A DNA stretch of 51,768 bases from Caldisericota bacterium (GTDB lineage: Bacteria > Caldisericota > Caldisericia > Cryosericales > Cryosericaceae), in the NCBI GenBank assembly GCA_026390195.1, contig JAPLGK010000024.1:1-51768 (forward strand). The letters are read 5' to 3'. The position numbers and the translations under genes were made by a program. The notes below the pieces were generated by a model. It worked only from the letters and a program-made list of their open reading frames with translations. It was not told the origin of the DNA and did not search any database. This document shows, piece after piece, positions 47,578 to 51,768 of this stretch. Each line of letters opens with the position of its first letter. Position 1 is the stretch's first letter.

Positions 47578-47695
47578 CCAGCACTCTCCTCACGTGGCTC
47601 ATAACCCGGGAGAGTATACCAGCGATCCCCGGCGTTCCCGTGATGATTGTGAACCATGCTTTCCAAGCCGCGTGCAACCGCCAGTGTGCGAACTG

Positions 47696-47740
47696 TTGAC
47701 TTTCTTGTGAAACGTTCTAGGATTGTTAATGTAACGTTAG
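47696..47740 (+). promoter_or_regulatory. xyl promoter with LacI-like operator candidates
   Basis: TTGACT-16-TAGGAT; GTGAAACGTTCT in the spacer and TGTAACGTTAG downstream. Confidence 0.5.
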
Positions 47741-47847
47741 GAACAGATTGGCTGCATTGATTGCGCGTCTGGAATCGCTGTTGATATGTAAAGTCTGGCC
47801 TGCACATGATTGTGAACGGGGCGTGCAGCAGGTAGGAGCGAGACGGG

Positions 47848-49335
47848 ATGGCAGAGATGAAGGAATGCATTATTGGTATCGACGCGGGGACAGCATCCGT
47901 TAAGGGACTACTGGTCGATGTGTCCGGTACGATTGTCGCAACAGCCTCGGCCCCGCTTCAGCTGTCGACGCCACACCCCGGCTGGGCCGAGCAGAGCCCG
48001 GAAGATTGGTGGAAGGCGACTATTCAGGTCTTGGACACACTCACTGTCGATCGCAATCTCGAGATCCTCGGCGTGTCGATATCCGGTCAGATGCACAGCC
48101 TCGTGCCGCTCGATGCGGCCGGTGACGTCGTGCGTCCCGCCATCCTCTGGTGTGACCAGCGCACACAGCAGGAGTGTGTTGAACTGACTGAGGCCTGCGG
48201 TGGCGAGCAGGAAGTCATCAAGGCATTCGGCAATCCCGTGCTGACAGGATTCACTGCGCCAAAGCTGCTGTGGCTTCGTGCCAACGAACCTGACAACTTT
48301 ACCCGCATCGCGCGGTTCTGCCTGCCCAAAGACTACCTCGTCCTGAAGTTGACCGGCCGGCTCGCCATCGAAGCTTCCGATGCTTCTGGCACGTCACTCT
48401 ACCGCGTGCGCGAGGGCGTGTGGGACGATCACATCCTCGACGTCCTGACGGTCCGGCGTTTGATGCTGCCGGACCTGGTGGGTGTCGGTTCGGTCATCGG
48501 AGCGATCACCTGCCCGGACCTGCCTCGGCTCAATGGTGTTCCGGTCGTCGCCGGAGGAGCGGACAATGCGGCGTCTGCGTTCGGGTGCGGCGTCGAGAAG
48601 CCTGGAGATACGGTCATCAGCCTGGGGACCAGCGGTACTGTCGTGGCCGTTACGGCCACGCCGAGCCCCGACCTCACTGGTCGGGTCCACCTGTTCAGTC
48701 ATGTCACGAAGGACTGCTACTACCACATGGCGGTCATCCTTTCGGCCGCGGGAGCGCTCGACTGGTTCCGGCAGCGCTTCGCTCAGAACCTTTCCTATGG
48801 TCGTATCGAGGAGATGGTCGGACAGAGCCCGGTGGGCAGCAACGGCGTCGTGTTCCTTCCATACCTCAACGGTGAACGGACGCCTCATCGGGACCCTGAT
48901 GCCCGGGGTGTTCTCTATGGCATGAGCTCGTTCAACAGCCAGGGCGATATCCTGCGTGCGGTGCACGAAGGCGTCATCTTTGCACTGCGCGAGGGTGCCG
49001 AAAGCATCGCAGACATGGGGACTCCGATGACCAGCGTGCGTGTCGTCGGGGGAGGGTCGCACTCTCGTCTCTGGTGCCAGATGCTGGCGGACAATTTCGG
49101 GATGCCCATCTGGAGTCCTCTGGTGGATGAGGGGGCAGCCTACGGGTCTGCTCGTCTGGCAGCCAACGCGGTGGGGCTGGACACGTCCCGATGGGTGAAG
49201 CTGGTGGAGCGGTATGACCCTGACGCGTCGCGCAGACAGCAATACGATCCATGGTTTGCACAGTACAAGGCGCTGTACAGGGTACTGAAGGAGCAGTTCA
49301 AAGATACCAGACGGGTCGCTGAACAGCGAAGCTAG
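47848..49335 (+). CDS. xylB: Xylulokinase
   Basis: [50 protein letters not shown]. Confidence 0.92.
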   Translation: MAEMKECIIGIDAGTASVKGLLVDVSGTIVATASAPLQLSTPHPGWAEQSPEDWWKATIQVLDTLTVDRNLEILGVSISGQMHSLVPLDAAGDVVRPAILWCDQRTQQECVELTEACGGEQEVIKAFGNPVLTGFTAPKLLWLRANEPDNFTRIARFCLPKDYLVLKLTGRLAIEASDASGTSLYRVREGVWDDHILDVLTVRRLMLPDLVGVGSVIGAITCPDLPRLNGVPVVAGGADNAASAFGCGVEKPGDTVISLGTSGTVVAVTATPSPDLTGRVHLFSHVTKDCYYHMAVILSAAGALDWFRQRFAQNLSYGRIEEMVGQSPVGSNGVVFLPYLNGERTPHRDPDARGVLYGMSSFNSQGDILRAVHEGVIFALREGAESIADMGTPMTSVRVVGGGSHSRLWCQMLADNFGMPIWSPLVDEGAAYGSARLAANAVGLDTSRWVKLVERYDPDASRRQQYDPWFAQYKALYRVLKEQFKDTRRVAEQRS

Positions 49336-49351
49336 ACACGCGGAGGTAGTC

Positions 49352-50671
49352 ATGGTGTTCAAGGACATCGGCACAATTGGGTACGAGGGCAGAGACTCGA
49401 AGAACCCTCTTGCGTTCAAGTACTACAAGGCAGACGAGGTCGTCCTCGGCCGCGCGATGGCCAACTGGACGCGGTTTGCCGCCGCTTACTGGCATACGCT
49501 GGGAGCGGACGGAACTGACATGTTCGGGTGGGGCACCATGCAGCGGCCATGGACGACGATCAGCGACCCCATGGACAAGGCGAAAGTCAAGGTCGACGCC
49601 ATCTTCGAGTTCTGCGAGAAGCTCGGCATACCGTTCTTCTGCTTCCACGACAGGGACATTGCGCCGGAAGGGGACACACTGCGGGAGACCAATCGCAACC
49701 TGGACGTCATCGTCGAGCTGATTGAGGACCACATGAAGATGAGCCCAGTCCGCCTGCTGTGGGGCACCGCCAACATGTTCAGCAATCCCAGGTTCGTTCA
49801 CGGTGTGGCCACTTCCTGCAACGCCGACATTTTTGCGTTTGCTGCCGGCCAGGTCAAGCACATGCTCGAGGTCAGCAAGCGCCTCGGCGGACAGAACTAT
49901 GTCTTCTGGGGTGGCCGCGAGGGGTATGAGACCCTGCTCAACACCGACTCTAGGCTTGAGCAGGACAACATGGCCCGGTTCTTCCGCATGGCTGTCGATT
50001 ACGCCAAGGACATCGGGTTCACCGGCCAGTTCCTCATCGAACCTAAGGCCTTCGAGCCGTCTAAACATCAGTACGACTTCGATGCTGCGAACGCACTCGC
50101 CTTCCTACGTGGCTACGGTCTTGACTCCTTCTTCAAGTTCAATATTGAGGCGAACCATGCCACGCTCGCAGGTCACACCTTCCAGCACGAGCTCCGGTAT
50201 TGCCGCATCAACGGGATGTTGGGCAGCGTCGACGCCAACCAGGGCGATCCTCTTCTTGGTTGGGATACTGACCAGATGCCGACTGACGCGTATACTTCCA
50301 CACTCGCGATGGTGGAAGTCATCAAGAATAGCGGCCTTCAGCCCGGCGGACTGAACTTTGACGCCAAGGTACGCCGCGCGTCGTTTGAGCTCGACGACCT
50401 GTTCATCGGGCACATTGCTGGCATGGACACCTTTGCTCTGGGTTTGAGAGCGGCTGCGAAGCTCATCGAAAGCGGCGAGCTGGACGGATTTGTCGAACAG
50501 CGCTATGTGTCCTATGCTACTGGTATCGGTAAGGACATCGTGGACGGGAAAGCGGATTTCCGAAGCCTTGAAGCTTATATCCTCGACAGACAGCCGGCGT
50601 CCAGCCGTTCGGGCCGGCAGGAGTACCTGGAGACGCTCGTGACGCAGGCAATCGTGGACTGCCTGCATTAG
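49352..50671 (+). CDS. xylA: Xylose isomerase (class II)
   Basis: [41 protein letters not shown]. Confidence 0.97.
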   Translation: MVFKDIGTIGYEGRDSKNPLAFKYYKADEVVLGRAMANWTRFAAAYWHTLGADGTDMFGWGTMQRPWTTISDPMDKAKVKVDAIFEFCEKLGIPFFCFHDRDIAPEGDTLRETNRNLDVIVELIEDHMKMSPVRLLWGTANMFSNPRFVHGVATSCNADIFAFAAGQVKHMLEVSKRLGGQNYVFWGGREGYETLLNTDSRLEQDNMARFFRMAVDYAKDIGFTGQFLIEPKAFEPSKHQYDFDAANALAFLRGYGLDSFFKFNIEANHATLAGHTFQHELRYCRINGMLGSVDANQGDPLLGWDTDQMPTDAYTSTLAMVEVIKNSGLQPGGLNFDAKVRRASFELDDLFIGHIAGMDTFALGLRAAAKLIESGELDGFVEQRYVSYATGIGKDIVDGKADFRSLEAYILDRQPASSRSGRQEYLETLVTQAIVDCLH

Positions 50672-50678
50672 TACGGGG

Positions 50679-50700
50679 TCCCGTCACAGGAGTGACGGGA
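50679..50700 (+). other. Stem-loop between xylA and xylF
   Basis: TCCCGTCAC-AGGA-GTGACGGGA. Confidence 0.5.
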
Positions 50701-50816
50701 CAAACTAGCCCCCTGGGGCTGGGCTTGGTGTTGGCGCGCAAGGTCAGATTGTTTGCCAAGCGTGAGTTTCTATGACACTGGCAATAATGCCAGAATCTTT
50801 CAAGGAGGAATGGCTC

Positions 50817-51768
50817 ATGAAGAGAACGTCTAGGGCAATCGTCGTACTGCTTGCCGCAATGCTGTTTGTCTCGGTCCTCGCAGGGTGCAAGACTGGCACT
50901 ATCACCCCCGTGGAGAAGAAGCTGAAGATTGGCCTGTCGCTTGCCACGCTGCAGGAAGAGCGGTGGGTCAGGGACAAGGATCGTATCACCAAGGATTGTG
51001 CTGACCAGGGCATCGAGCTGTTGACGCAGGTCGCCAACATGGATGCCGCTCTGCAGGAGAGCCAATGTGACCAAATGCTCACCTCGGGCATCAACGTCCT
51101 CATCATTGCAGCACAGGATTCCGCTGCTGCTGCAACGATCGTCGACAAGGCGCATGCCGCTGGCGTCAAGGTCATCTCCTATGACCGCTTGATCATGAAT
51201 ACGTCCAACGTCGACGTCTACATCTCATTTGATGGCGTGCAGGTTGGCGTGCTCCAGGGTAAGTGGCTTACCAAGGCTGTTCCGAAGGGCAACTACGCTA
51301 TTCTTTCCGGCGCCCCGACCGACAACAATGCTAAGCTCTTCAAGCAGGGAGCCATGAGCATCATCCAGCCTCTTGTCGACAGTGGTGCCATCAAGATTGT
51401 TGCCGAACAGCCAGTTGTTGAGTGGAAGCCCGAGAATGCACTGAAGATCATGGAGAACGCACTGACGGCCAACAAGAACAACATCCAGGGCGTCCTCGCT
51501 CCGAACGACGGCACAGCCGGCGGCTGCATCCAGGCGCTCGCCGCTCAGGGTCTCAAGATTCCAATCACCGGTCAGGACGCTGAACTGGCTGCTGCCCAGC
51601 GTATCGTGAAGGGCACTCAGGGCATGACTGTCTTCAAGGACACGCGTATGCTTGGCGATGCTGCAGTCGAAGCGGCCAAGTCGATGTTTGGTGGGTATAC
51701 TCTCGCGAATGCGAACCAGACCGTCAATAACAACACGGTGGATGTACCTTCCATCCTGCTGGTCCCTA
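50817..51768 (+). CDS. xylF: D-xylose ABC substrate-binding lipoprotein (3' end outside window; absent from the ORF track)
   Basis: SD AAGGAGG; lipobox LAGC; LQEERWVRD, VISYDRLI, GAPTDNNA, APNDGTAGG, TGQDAE. Confidence 0.9.
   Translation, partial: MKRTSRAIVVLLAAMLFVSVLAGCKTGTITPVEKKLKIGLSLATLQEERWVRDKDRITKDCADQGIELLTQVANMDAALQESQCDQMLTSGINVLIIAAQDSAAAATIVDKAHAAGVKVISYDRLIMNTSNVDVYISFDGVQVGVLQGKWLTKAVPKGNYAILSGAPTDNNAKLFKQGAMSIIQPLVDSGAIKIVAEQPVVEWKPENALKIMENALTANKNNIQGVLAPNDGTAGGCIQALAAQGLKIPITGQDAELAAAQRIVKGTQGMTVFKDTRMLGDAAVEAAKSMFGGYTLANANQTVNNNTVDVPSILLVP

Noticed and set aside
1-51768. CRISPR array, tRNA/rRNA, intact IS or prophage, selenocysteine readthrough
   Set aside because: No regularly spaced repeats, RNA gene signatures, transposase/integrase ORFs or motif-splitting in-frame TGA seen by eye

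Overview
Bacterial chromosomal window, mostly GC-rich (roughly 60% by eye), with about 50 protein-coding genes. I found no rRNA, tRNA, CRISPR array or intact transposase/integrase. Contents: two divergent plsY-like genes; a GNAT-DUF4910-polynucleotide kinase/phosphatase-SDR operon; a BtuFDC/Fec-type ABC importer; an ArsR-CzcD metal efflux pair; a DOMON protein facing a stand-alone cytochrome b561-like gene; lysA; an OadA/PycB-type carboxyltransferase; an SLH-anchored opp/dpp operon; a DUF134-NifB/NifX-Mrp cluster; an OmpR-type two-component pair; and xylB-xylA-xylF, which runs off the end. Stalk (copper amine oxidase N-terminal) and SLH fusions suggest an anaerobe such as Caldisericota/Cryosericum, but this is inference only. 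The most notable observations are: (1) a split DOMON + cytochrome b561 pair; (2) a roughly 4.2 kb low-GC tract swapped into the opp operon with both junctions inside genes; (3) a recurrent 16-bp rather than 17-bp spacer in sigma70-type promoters; (4) a Pnkp lacking both its ligase domain and a Hen1 neighbour; (5) a histidine kinase with a triplicated sensor module; (6) a dRS3-like REP family, one inverted pair of which brackets a whole gene. All family assignments come from motif recognition by eye, with no database searches.
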